Assembly (NCBI RefSeq): GCF_001194135.2 | Contig: NC_068994.1 | Span: forward strand, 6,919,800-6,958,572 | DNA length: 38,773 bases | Origin: Octopus bimaculoides | Taxonomy: Eukaryota | Direction of reading: 5' to 3' | Shown: positions 11,470 to 23,249 of the stretch, one piece after another | How the letters are laid out: each line of letters starts with the position of its first letter | How positions within the stretch are numbered: the first letter of the stretch is position 1 | Position numbers and translations under genes: made by a program | Notes under the pieces: generated by a model | The model's database searches: none | Told to the model about the DNA's origin: nothing | The model's input: only the letters and a program-made list of their open reading frames with translations

Positions 11470-11904
11470 GAACACAGAAAGAAATAAGGAAAGAAACAAG
11501 GAGAAAAAAAATATAAATGTAGTGGTCAGCGATCTATCATGGCGAATGCAGGACAGAAGGATATATATATATATATATATATATATGCATGTATGTATGG
11601 TTTGAACTGATGAACAGATGTTCTCATTTTAAACATATGTAATTACATATAGCATACAAACGTATTATTTAATTCTACAAAAATGTAATTAGTAATGTTG
11701 ACAAATCTTACTTTTATTTCAATATTTAAAATTTTTTTTTAATTTCTCATTCTCTGTATAGGATTCCTGGTGATATCCAATATTTAGAAACAGGAGATGA
11801 AAACACTTCCCTACTGTGCAAAATTATATTTACAGGTCAACACATAGTGTGATATTGTCTTCTGGCAAATGACTTTGAGACATATGTAAGACATAGATTT
11901 GGTG

Positions 11905-12240
11905 CCCCTCCCCCACACACACACTCACACACATGCACACTCATACAAACACACATACACATGCTCATATACACACATATATATCCCATACCCACACACA
12001 TACATGTACATAGTTACACTTACACAAACCTATATACAAACAGACATAGATACACACACACATTTATATACATGCACACACATATACGCACTCATATATG
12101 CACATACACACTCACGCATATACACACACAGACTAACACATATATGCACACATACATACATGTATACACACACACATACATACATACACAATCGCAGATA
12201 GACATATAGACATACACACACACACACACACACATTCATA
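11905..12240. repeat. (CA)n/(CATA)n microsatellite
   Basis: Direct reading. Confidence 0.9.
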
Positions 12241-12349
12241 AATCAATGAAAAATGGAATTGGTTCCCAGGATTCTTTGCCCACATTGATCTGATTGTTGA
12301 TGTTTGATGTTTCCCTCCTGTGCTTTGATCCCTCGATCAATGTTGTTCA

Positions 12350-12935
12350 NNNNNNNNNNNNNNNNNNNNNNNNNNNNNNNNNNNNNNNNNNNNNNNNNNN
12401 NNNNNNNNNNNNNNNNNNNNNNNNNNNNNNNNNNNNNNNNNNNNNNNNNNNNNNNNNNNNNNNNNNNNNNNNNNNNNNNNNNNNNNNNNNNNNNNNNNNN
12501 NNNNNNNNNNNNNNNNNNNNNNNNNNNNNNNNNNNNNNNNNNNNNNNNNNNNNNNNNNNNNNNNNNNNNNNNNNNNNNNNNNNNNNNNNNNNNNNNNNNN
12601 NNNNNNNNNNNNNNNNNNNNNNNNNNNNNNNNNNNNNNNNNNNNNNNNNNNNNNNNNNNNNNNNNNNNNNNNNNNNNNNNNNNNNNNNNNNNNNNNNNNN
12701 NNNNNNNNNNNNNNNNNNNNNNNNNNNNNNNNNNNNNNNNNNNNNNNNNNNNNNNNNNNNNNNNNNNNNNNNNNNNNNNNNNNNNNNNNNNNNNNNNNNN
12801 NNNNNNNNNNNNNNNNNNNNNNNNNNNNNNNNNNNNNNNNNNNNNNNNNNNNNNNNNNNNNNNNNNNNNNNNNNNNNNNNNNNNNNNNNNNNNNNNNNNN
12901 NNNNNNNNNNNNNNNNNNNNNNNNNNNNNNNNNNN
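12350..12935. other. Assembly gap (586 N)
   Basis: N run. Confidence 1.
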
Positions 12936-13102
12936 TATAAACATAATTAAGGGATCAGCAAACATTTGCTTCACCACATACCGAAGTTCAGAAATAGCAG
13001 CTAAAAAAGCTGAGACTCCAACAGATAGCATTTGATTTATTAATAAATTATTAAATTGATAAACCTTTACCCTTTTAATTTGTAAATATATATATATATA
13101 TA

Positions 13103-13142
<40 letters not shown>

Positions 13143-13144
13143 CT

Positions 13145-13275
13145 TGTGTGTCTGTGTTTGTCCCTCCAACATCACTTGACAACCGATGGTGGTGTGTTTA
13201 TGTCCCCGCAACTTAGCAGTTCGGCAAAAGAGACCAATAGAATAAGTACTAGGCTTCCAAGAATAAGTCCTGGGC
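13145..13275 (+). mobile_element. SINE family C, partial 3' half
   Basis: cttgacaaccgatggtggtgtgtttatgtccccgcaacttagcagttcggcaaaagagacc matches 30990-31110. Confidence 0.8.
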
Positions 13276-14194
13276 CCTTCTGTTTTGCTGCTCCCAGACC
13301 CCACAAAAAACACATATTGCTTAAAGCAGACCCTACTGCCCCTCCCTCTCCAGCTACACTAGTGCTACCCCTACCGCCCTCCCCAGTTATGCTAGTGGCA
13401 ACAAGCATCATTATCATCACCATCATCTTTTTTACATTCACTTTTCAATGCTTGCATGGGCAAAGGGAATATTTTGAATGAAACTTTCTGCGGCCAGATG
13501 CTCTTCCTGTCACCAACCCCCACCTGTTTACAGTCAAAAGTAATATTTTCCCCATGGCCTGATATGTTGACACAGAATATTGAAAATCAATGGCGGTGCT
13601 TATATAGCAATGACACTCATGACTATCATGTGATGTCCACACAAGATGAGACAAATATACACACACTCCTACATACACACACACTCTCTCTCACATACAC
13701 ATATGCACATGCATACACACACGTATGTATGCATATGTATGCAACAAATTAGTGAGATTCACTATGGTTGTGGTATAGACAGTTTGGTTAGCCTCAAGCA
13801 TAGACAAAAGTTGTTTAGACAACACAAAGTAGATGACAACCAATCAATAAAGTTTATTCATCAATGTATCCAAAACACTTTGTCCCATATTGAATTAGAT
13901 GGAAATTCCATCAAAAATGTATATATGTATGTATGTATGTATGTTTGATTTTTTTTCCTCTCCATCTGTTTTCTCTCCTCATAATTTTCTGTAGAAGAGC
14001 ATAGGCTCAAAACATTAAAGACTTCTCCCATTTTCAGCCAAACATTATACGCCCACTCTTTTTTATTGACTTTTGTTATTTTTAATTCGCCTATATACAT
14101 ACATACATACATACATACACACACACACGCACATATATATATATATGTGTGTGTGTATTTATGTATGTATGTATGTATGTATCTATGTGTGTGT

Positions 14195-14422
14195 GTCTGT
14201 GTGTCATTGTGTTTCTATGTTTGTACCCCCTACCATCGTTTGATAACCAATGTTAGTGTGTTTACATCCCCATAACTTAGCACTTTGGCAAAAGAGACTG
14301 ATAGAATAAGTATTAGGCTTACAAAGAATAAGTCTTGGGATTGGTTCCTTTGACTAAAAGCCCTTTAAGGCCCTGCCCCAGCATAGCCGCAGTCAAATGA
14401 CTGAAACAAATAAATGAATAAG

Positions 14423-14425
<3 letters not shown>
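14195..14425 (+). mobile_element. SINE family C, 3' half
   Basis: Ends cagcatagccgcagtcaaatgactgaaacaa, like the other C copies. Confidence 0.8.
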
Positions 14426-14463
<38 letters not shown>

Positions 14464-14467
14464 GTAT

Positions 14468-14976
14468 AAAATAGAAAATTTCTATTTGTAAATTTCTCAA
14501 CGAGAGACATTCAGTAACTACCCTAGAGATTATTTGCCAACATAACATGGAAGTCCTGGTTTAGGATGAATGTTACTGTTACTTAGCCCCAGCAAACATG
14601 GTCTCCAGCTGGCTATACGGCACACAATCTGTGTCCTTATATTTTCAAACAAGGGAGATTAACATCCCCACTCAGCACAAAACAATGTGTATCACAATTT
14701 CTGGGTTATTTCTCTTCATCAACACAGACTAACTGTTTGGCTATAGGTGGCATTCCTTAATTCTTGTTTGAGATATATAGTTTTCAAAGTGACACACAGT
14801 TACTGATCACATAAAATAGAAAATTATGATTTGTAAATCTCTCAACGAGAGACATTCAGTAATAGTACTCTAGAGCGAAGATTATTTGCCAACCTAATGT
14901 GGCAGTCCTGGTTTAGGACGAACGTTACTGTTATTTAACTCCAGGAAACATCGTCTCCAGCTGGCTATACGACACA
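14468..14976 (-). mobile_element. About 1.5 copies of a 345-bp tandem unit with a decayed hammerhead-like motif (Penelope LTR-like / retrozyme-like)
   Basis: 14468-14625 is repeated at 14813-14976 (period 345). Between them, minus strand 14686-14726 reads tgtg UUGAUGA A GAG-aaauaa-CCC a GAAA U-ugug-A UA caca. Confidence 0.5.
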
Positions 14977-15004
14977 TTATACAAACACATATACGTATAT
15001 ATGC

Positions 15005-15150
15005 TGGACTTTTTTCATTTTCAGTCTACCAAATCTATTCACAAGGCTTTGAGATATAGTAGGAGACACTCGCCCAAGGTGCCACACAGTAGAACCGAAC
15101 CCAGGACCATGCGGTTGAGAAACAAACTTCTCAACCACACAGCCATCCCA
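15005..15150 (-). mobile_element. SINE family C, 5' half
   Basis: Reverse complement of the C head (..gcaccttgggcgagtgtctc..gccttgtgaatagatttggtagac). Confidence 0.75.
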
Positions 15151-15496
15151 GCATCATAAGCATAATACTATAAAAATATTGATCACCTGGAATCACAAAT
15201 TTGAACAAATTTTGCAATTATTTCTGTGTGGTTTTAAACGAAGGGTGTCGTGAAATTTAAAACCGTGGAAGAGTTTTGCGAAAATAATTTAAATAAATGT
15301 ATTATCAAATTAATCTCTCTCATCTATTTTAAGTATTCATTAATTTATTTATATTGTTACCATGGTTATTGATTATCAGGTTTATTGAAGAACTTCAAAA
15401 GTATCAAAAACCTGCTTAATGGTTCTCAACTTATTGCAGCACTGTGTGTGTGAGTGTGCGCACACACACACAAGTTTAAATATTTTCATAATGACT

Positions 15497-15551
<55 letters not shown>

Positions 15552-16170
15552 TTTCTATATACACTCAGACATGTATTTATAGATAAAATTGTATATACAT
15601 GTATACGTATATATACATGTATATATTCACATAAATATATATGTGTGTATATACATATATATATATATATATGTATGTATGTATATATGTTAAATATATA
15701 CATATTTTTTATACAGATATAGATACATATATCTTCTATCTATCAATCTACACACACACACATATACACATATATTAGCTTGCACCTCTGGCACTCTCTC
15801 ACCACAATCACATATTTCTTTTTCTATCATACTCCTGTCTCTTTCGCTCTCTTCTGATCGGATTCTTGCTCACATTGTCTTCAAATAACAGAGACACCAC
15901 AGGGTAATGAAGACTCTTTAGTCAAGCTGGATACAAGGCAACCTCACTGGTGCTGGTGCCTCAATAGAATGCACCCGGGACTCACTTTAAATTTGTTGGT
16001 GTTAGGAAGGGGATCCAGTCATGGAAGCCATGTTAAAAAGTGGACAATATACAAGAAAAATATGAACATATGATTAGTCTAGGAGGGCTATAAATACAAA
16101 TAATAATTGAATTAGTCTGTGATAACCTGTCTACATTGCAAAAAAAGGATCAAAGTTTCTGCACAAGTTA

Positions 16171-16367
16171 GAGGCTCATAAGGACAGTTTCCTGGATTTT
16201 ATGGCATATACATTCCCCGCTGGATAGACACCAATCTGTTGTGGGGTTACTCATTTTCGTCAGCTGAGTGGACTGAGCAAATGTGAAACACAATACATTA
16301 CCCAGTCCAGGAATTGAAACCACAATCTTACGATCAGGAGTGCAACACCCTGACCATGAAGCCACAC
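16171..16367 (-). mobile_element. tRNA-headed SINE family G
   Basis: Reverse complement has the head ..gtaagattgtggtttcaattcctggactggg.. and ccactcagctg..aaatgagtaa; homologous to 37036-37262. Confidence 0.75.
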
Positions 16368-17057
16368 ACATTCATGGACACGTCTACTATACAGCATATT
16401 ATATATCACTCCTGTCAAGTTTCAAAATTCATTACATTTGCCAAGTCCAAAGACTTGAAGTCTGTCCTCACCATTTCTTCTGAGACATTAGCTCCACCAC
16501 CACCACCACCACCACTACCACCATCACATAGCACTTTCTCCTCTGCAAAGCTTCTCTTCATCAAACCATATATCCATTTCACGTCCACATCAGGTATAGT
16601 TATTTCTCCTATGTATCACTGGCTGATGTCTTTCCTATCAACCAGCTGCTCTCAACAGTTCACATGCACTTTGCCTCTTCGTTCAGGTTTCTGTTAACAC
16701 ATTGCATGAATCCTGGTCACCTCGTTTCTTTCCAGCTTTCACAGACGATCGACGTTTGTCTCTTGTTGCCTCCGCGTTTAATGCAGAATCGGTGATTGTG
16801 CACTGATGGGGTTGCCTGACTTGTCCTGCTAGAAATAGTAGTTGGTCAAAATATTCCCTCAAAATGGCACCCTGTGGTCTTACGAATCGAATCGAAGGGT
16901 ACATTGGGCTATTGGAGAACCTGGATGTATGGAACAGATGTGGTGGTGGTCATGGCTGGAACATCTTTGCTTGCAGTTCATGTCGTTGTCTGGCCCCAGA
17001 ATACTGACCACGGAGCTAAAAAAAACAACAATAGCAACAGTTGAGTTCTATATTTAA

Positions 17058-17332
17058 GAGCATGTGGCATAGTGGCTAAGAGCGCAGGCTACTGACCCCA
17101 AGATTCTGAGTTCAATTCCAGGCAGTGACCTGAATAATAATAATAATAATAATAACAACAACAACAACATCGGAAAATACCTTAGGAATGAGAACCCAGG
17201 CTAGAAATTTCCCCAAGACACCTGATGAAGGCTGGAGGGTATATCAGCCGAAACGTTGTGTTAACAACAAACAAGATGAGGACAAATATCCGTCAAATGT
17301 AAATGTACATAATTCCTCATCTATATCTCCAC
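17058..17332 (+). mobile_element. SINE-like element: tRNA-derived Pol III head, (AAT)n linker, then a hammerhead-containing Penelope-like 3' region
   Basis: A box TGGCATAGTGG at 17065-17075, B box GTTCAATTC at 17110-17118, (AAT/AAC)n at ~17133-17168, hammerhead at 17217-17262. Confidence 0.7.
17217..17262 (+). ncRNA. Minimal type-I hammerhead ribozyme motif with intact catalytic core
   Basis: Stem I GACAC 17217-21 / GUGUU 17258-62; CUGAUGA 17222-28; extra A; stem II GGCUG 17230-34 / CAGCC 17245-49; GAAA 17250-53; palindromic ACGU stem III; NUH = GUU with predicted cut after 17257. Confidence 0.7.
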
Positions 17333-17622
17333 CCGAGTGGAGAATTATACCAGATATAGTACTATACAGAATACCGAAAGGATCTTCACCTCTTACATCA
17401 CACATTTCTTCTTACTTCAACGTCGAGATGGTATAATTTCCTGGGAGAGAGATAATTTTGCAGCTGAGGATAGCTTTACATTGTAGATTATACACATATT
17501 ATATTATATTATGTTATATTATATTATATTATATTATATTATACACATGTAGAGCTTGAAACACGTGTACCGCGGAATCCTTTGTAGTTTTGTTGTTATT
17601 TTTTTGTTTTGGATTTACAATT

Positions 17623-17654
<32 letters not shown>

Positions 17655-17924
17655 CACACACATATATGTGTGTACTCTTGTCATCATGTGATGGTTCTAA
17701 AGAATCACCGCTATCATATGATCAATGTTGCTCTTTTCCAGTCTTCTGTGGAAAATGTCTGGCCATGAAGAAATATTTCCTTGCCTGGAAAAAGGTGAAA
17801 GTTGGCAACAGGAAGGACATTTGACTGTAGAAAAATCTCCCTCAACAAAATCCATCTGACCTAATGCATGTACTATGGCCCTGGGCTGACCAGAGCCTCG
17901 AGAGACTGAAACTTTGTGTGTGTG

Positions 17925-18195
17925 TTTGTGTGTTTCTGTGTGTGTGTTTGAGCATGTATATATGTGTCTTTTTGTTTGTGTTTGTTACCCCCACCACCAC
18001 CACCTGATAACCAGTGTTGGTTTGTTTACATCCCTGTAACTTAACAGTTCAGCAAAAAAGACAGAGAGAAAGAGTAGTCGGCTTAAAAAGAAAATAAGTC
18101 CCGTGGGGTCAATTCACTTGCTTAAAACCCTTCAAGGCAGTGCCCCAGGATGGTTGCCGCAGTTCAATGCCCGAGACAAAAAAAAAATGAAATTT
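17925..18195 (+). mobile_element. SINE family C, diverged 3' half
   Basis: gataaccagtgttggtttgtttacatccctgtaacttaacagttcagcaaaa...gtgccccaggatgg. Confidence 0.7.
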
Positions 18196-19089
18196 AAAAG
18201 ATAACAATCAAGGCCGCCATCATCCAGACCTGATGCTACGTCTGCCCCTGTAGACAGGCCTGCGCAACATTTTTGTTTAAGAAGGGCTGACCATCATTGT
18301 CCCTGTGTGCAAGTGTTCCCTATCCATGCTGCGGGTAACACCCAAGGGAATGACCGCTACCTTAGGGATGATAGAGTTTGGTATCAGTGTCATAAGAATA
18401 TATATATACACAGATATACACACACTGCTGTCTGTTGTATCTCATGTTTTCCCACACATACACACTCTGACACACATTCTCCCTTTCTCTCCTCTCCCTT
18501 TCTCTCTCTCTCTCTTCTTTCCTCTCCCTTTGTTTCTCTCTATCTTTCTTTCTCTCACACACACACACTTTCTATCCATCTCTTTCTCTCAAACAAAACA
18601 CTCCCCCTCTTCTATCTTTTCCTCACCTCATATCCGAGCACCTTGGCAGTCCGTCCGTCTGTCTGTCTACCTATCTTCCTTCTTCCTGTCTATCTGTCTG
18701 TTGCATATTTCCTTCTAGCCTTGTGGTTGTTGTTCTTCATCATCATCATCACCATCCCTCCTTCTTCATTCCTTGTCATTATTGTTGTTGTTCTCTTCCT
18801 CCTTCTGCTCCTCCTTCACCTTCTTCTACTCCCACTACTACTACTACTACTACCACCCTCCCTTCCTTCCTCATCATGCACATATGCACTACCTCCTCAG
18901 TCAATACAACACCGCTGTGAAATGCTGCGTAATAGTATTACACAATAGATGTCTTAGTCCCTCCCCCTCCCCCCTCCCCACCTCATACTACTACCCTCTT
19001 TATCATCCTCTACCCTCCACCACCACCACCACAATGATGATGATGATGTTGGTGGTGGTGGTGGTGATGGTGGTGGTGCTCTTTCTCAG

Positions 19090-19300
19090 AGTCGCTAGAT
19101 GGTCTCTCGGTCTATCAGAAATAACAGCCAGATACCCTCAAATCACACACCCTATTTATAGTCTTGAACAAAGAATGGCATGTTTTTTTGTGTATGTGGT
19201 TCTAAATATACAAATTAAATGGGTTGGTCACAGTTGGAATGCCCTGGGTCATGAGTCTGGTGCGCAACCAGGACCAACCTGCGGCTAAAACAACAGCGAT
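19090..19300 (+). mobile_element. Repeat family E, sense orientation
   Basis: cagaaataacagccagataccctcaaatcac...ggaatgccctgggtcatgagtctg...ggctaaaacaac is the reverse complement of the 2043-2480 motifs. Confidence 0.5.
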
Positions 19301-19430
19301 TACAGCAGGGCCATTAACGGTAACTCCTACAGCGATGCCTTCGTAACCACCACGACCACCACAGCAGAGGCCAACAACCTTGGTAACAACAACTACAACA
19401 ACAAAAATTAAACCATCACCATTACATATA

Positions 19431-19590
19431 CCACCACCACCACATTCAACTACAGCACTACCACCACCACAACATTCAACTACAGCACTACCACCACCAC
19501 CACATTCAACTACAGCACTACCACCACCACCACATTCAACTACAGCACTACCACTACCACCACATTCAACTACAGCACTACCACCACCAC
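19431..19590. repeat. 30-bp minisatellite x5, CCACCACCACCACATTCAACTACAGCACTA
   Basis: Units start at 19431, 19461, 19491, 19521 and 19551; near-identical. Confidence 0.95.
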
Positions 19591-20220
19591 CAACAGTAAC
19601 ATCACCACCACCATCACATACATGACAACCACAACTACTACCACCACATATAACAGCATCACCACCACCACTACTGTCGCATACACTAACAGTAACAGTA
19701 ATACCACTGCCACTGGCATGTAACAGAAGTGCCACCACCACCACCACAACCACCACCATCACCACTACCCCCATCATTACCACCGCCACCACCACTACTA
19801 AACACTGCCGCCATCACCATCACCACCACTATCACATTCAACAATAGCACCACCACCAACACTACCTCTACCCCTACCACCACTACAACAGTAACAACAA
19901 CGGCAATGGTGACTATCACCACCACCACCACCACAGAAAACACCAGCACCACCACCACCACCACCACCNNNNNNNNNNNNNNNNNNNNNNNNNNNNNNNN
20001 NNNNNNNNNTGCTACAACAACAATAATGATGATGACGGTGGAAACTACCACCACCTTCACCACAACCACAGCCACCACGATGGCCTCAACCTCCACCGCA
20101 CCACCATATACATCATTACATACACAACTACCACCTTCTCATGCATCACAAGTCCGGCCACCACTACTGCCACCACATGCAACTAGATCAATGACACTGA
20201 CAGACAAACCACCTACGCAA
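19591..20220. repeat. Degenerate (CAC/CAA/CAT)n trinucleotide field containing a 41-N gap at 19969-20009
   Basis: Direct reading. Confidence 0.9.
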
Positions 20221-21182
20221 TGACGCAAAAAAAAAAAAAAACTAAAAATGATGACCAGCTCACCATCCAAAGGACACAGGTCGTTGCTAGAGAAATCTCT
20301 GATCTTCTCAGTTCTCGCCCTCACTCATATCCAATCACCATAAATCATATTCAATCACTATCAACCATATACAGTCACTCGCTCCCTCAAAAATGTCCCT
20401 AGACAAATATACAATGAGCGCCCGAGCATTACGACATGCTAGAAATAGCTGTGAAATTTCCCTCAAATGACATGATTACCAGAGTAAAATGAGACATTGT
20501 ATAATGTAGTCCGAGGTACACCATTCTTGAAAACAAGATGTGGGTTTTGCATCATGGGTGGCAATAACTTTGACCTTGGCTCTATTTGGTCAGAGTTGAT
20601 TCAAGCTAAACAACAACAACAACAACAACAACATCATTCTAAGAATTCTGTGACTTGTATGCAGTCCCTGTCTCAAGATGTAAAACCACAATCCAAGCAC
20701 TCAGACATCTTATGTTTCTTTCAATTCATTTTAAATATAACAAAAGATTTAGTAAAATAACTTAGTTATCATTCATACAACCATTACCATTGCCGCCACC
20801 ACCACCCACACCAATACAACCATTATCATCGCCACCACTGCCACCACCATTACCATCACTGCCGCTACCACCATCACAAGACAGTATATTACTGTATTGT
20901 GTATTGATGTTGTATGATGTTGGCAAATATCTTGTTTGTTTGGGTATAAAATTCCAAGATAAGATTCTATTGACAATGGTATTGGTGAGGATAATGTTGA
21001 TGGTGGTACTGCTGCTTAGATTTAGGTCAGCCCTAACTGAAAAAGCTCATTATAAAAGGCACTCCAAACATGACCATCCCATCTTTTTGGTTTTTTTTTT
21101 TTTTTGAGACTTTGTGTCTGATAGAGACCAGTTATGGTCAAATTGCGGCTTGCAGGACTTCACAAATAGCAAGTCTAATTCT

Positions 21183-21390
21183 CTTATTCTTTTTTTATTT
21201 GTTTCACTCATTAGACTGTGGCCATGCTGGGGCACCACCTTGACCTTTAGTTGAATGATTTGACCCCAGTACTTAATTGTTTTTCCTAAACCTGGTGCTT
21301 ATTCTATCAGAAATCTTTATTTGCTGAACCACTAAGTCACAGGATGTAAATAAACTGACAATGGCTGTCAAGCAATGGTGGTGGTCAAAG
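21183..21390 (-). mobile_element. SINE family C, 3' half
   Basis: tttgtttcactcattagactgtggccatgctggggcacc... Confidence 0.8.
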
Positions 21391-21420
21391 CTTTGGGAGT
21401 GGATATGGTTCTATATACAT

Positions 21421-21493
<73 letters not shown>

Positions 21494-21494
<1 letters not shown>

Positions 21495-21895
21495 TCTTTT
21501 ACTTGTTTCAGTCATTTGACTGCAGCCATGCTGGGGCACCGCCTTTTAGTCGAGCAAATCGACCCCAGGACTTATTCTTTGTAAGCCTAGTACTTATTCT
21601 ATCGGTCTCTTTTTGCCAAACCGCTAAATTACGGGGACGTAAACACACCAGCCTTGGTTGTCAAGCGATGCTGGGGGTGGGGGTCAAACACAGACACACA
21701 AAAACATACATATATATATATATACATATATACGACGGGGTTCTTTCAGTTTCCGTCTACCAAATCCACTCACAAGGTTTTGGTCGGCCCGAGGCTATAG
21801 AAGAAGACACTTGCCCAAGGTGCCACGCAGTGGGACTGAACCCAGAACCATGTGGTTGGTAAGCAAGTTACTTACCACACAGCCACTCCTGCGCC
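21494..21895 (-). mobile_element. SINE family C, full length, inserted in (TA)n
   Basis: Reverse complement of 30786-31192, from head GGCGCAGGAGTGGCTGTGTGG to tail gtaaaagag. Confidence 0.92.
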
Positions 21896-22404
21896 TATAT
21901 ATAAATATAAATATATATATGTATGTATATATATATTTTTATGGGTATTTTTGATAGAAGCATAAATTGGTCGTTAAGAAGTCAAATAGGTATAAAAAAA
22001 AAAGAGAGGAAGGAAATGAAGGATTATAAAGAGAAGGATAGAGAGAAAGGAAGAGACAAATGGCCGCTGGCTTCCATTGTAATAAGAACATGTCTCGCAG
22101 AAAGAACACTGACGATACAAATTGTGTTTAGGTGAAGCGTGTTTGCACTTTTTTTATTCTCTTTATTTAATATCTGCTGCCGTGCAGTTTGTGTGTGGTG
22201 TGTATAAGTTATATAGTAAATCTAATTGTTTAATGTATGTGTCTATGTATACATCTGTGTGCATGTATGTATAAATGTGTAAGCGTATGTATATATCTTT
22301 ATCTTTAACTATAGCTCTCTATCTATATACATGTGTACATATACATGTGTGTGTGTGTGTGGTGTTGAGCGCTCATTCCCACCATTTGACACAAACACAC
22401 ACAC

Positions 22405-22443
<39 letters not shown>

Positions 22444-23216
22444 CATACATAAATAAATACATACATATATGCATATGTGTGTGTGTGCATATGTTTATTT
22501 ATTTACAGATATGTTTATATTATTTATTTATATACAGATACATGCATATATACATATCAATAGGAATGTGTATATACACCTCACCCCATATATATATTGA
22601 TATATATATATATATATATATACATACATACACACACATATATATAAACACTCTCCCACATGTATGTATGTGTATGTAAATATGTGTGTATGTATTTTTT
22701 CTGTGTATACATTTGTGTATGCATATATATGCATACACGCACACACACACACATATATATACATACACATATATACAAAGTCCCTCTTCCTCCCCACCCC
22801 AAACTACCACCGTCACCATCATTGTCACTTCCACCGCCACCATCACCAAAGCAAAAGGCTACCTAGAGCCATGAAGGAACAGCTATCTGGACATTCAGCA
22901 TTGTCAAAACCAAACCCCAACAAATTGAACCTTACCATCTGAGACAATGAAAGACCCTCCACTCAGTAATAGGGTCTCTCATACTCATAATATGATGGAA
23001 TGGTCATGGGCGGGATTTACTTTGCTCATTCAAAGTTGATGTAGGGCTAAACAATAAAAGGTTACCTGACTGATTAGCAAACATTTTATCCCATTAACAG
23101 GTAAATATGACAACAATTATGATACTTACGATAATGATGATGATGGTAGTGGTGATGGTGGTGTTGACAATGATAACACACACATATACATAAGTATATG
23201 TGAATATATTTGTGTG

Positions 23217-23249
<33 letters not shown>

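Noticed and set aside
4468-12935. Two gaps of exactly 586 N
   Set aside because: Most likely a scaffolder size estimate, not biology.
12243-13040. Non-repetitive sequence on both sides of the second large gap as a possible exon or gag-like ORF
   Set aside because: Too short on each side to assign and no diagnostic motif; needs gap closure.
13740-13925. Open frame QQISEIHYGCGIDSLVSLKHRQKLF...LDGNSIK
   Set aside because: No recognisable motif or flanking splice sites; the length is attainable by chance.
17058-17130. tRNA gene calls for the SINE heads (also 24660-24734, 30786-30860, 37036-37110)
   Set aside because: A/B boxes are present but there is no complete cloverleaf or acceptor stem, and each head runs into a repeat body.
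18255-18268. CAGGCCTGCGCAAC resembling a hAT/Charlie TIR
   Set aside because: No partner TIR or 8-bp TSD found in the window.
18773-20223. Mucin/extensin-like Pro/Thr-rich ORFs
   Set aside because: Explained by (CAC/CAA)n and a 30-bp minisatellite; no signal peptide or splice context seen.
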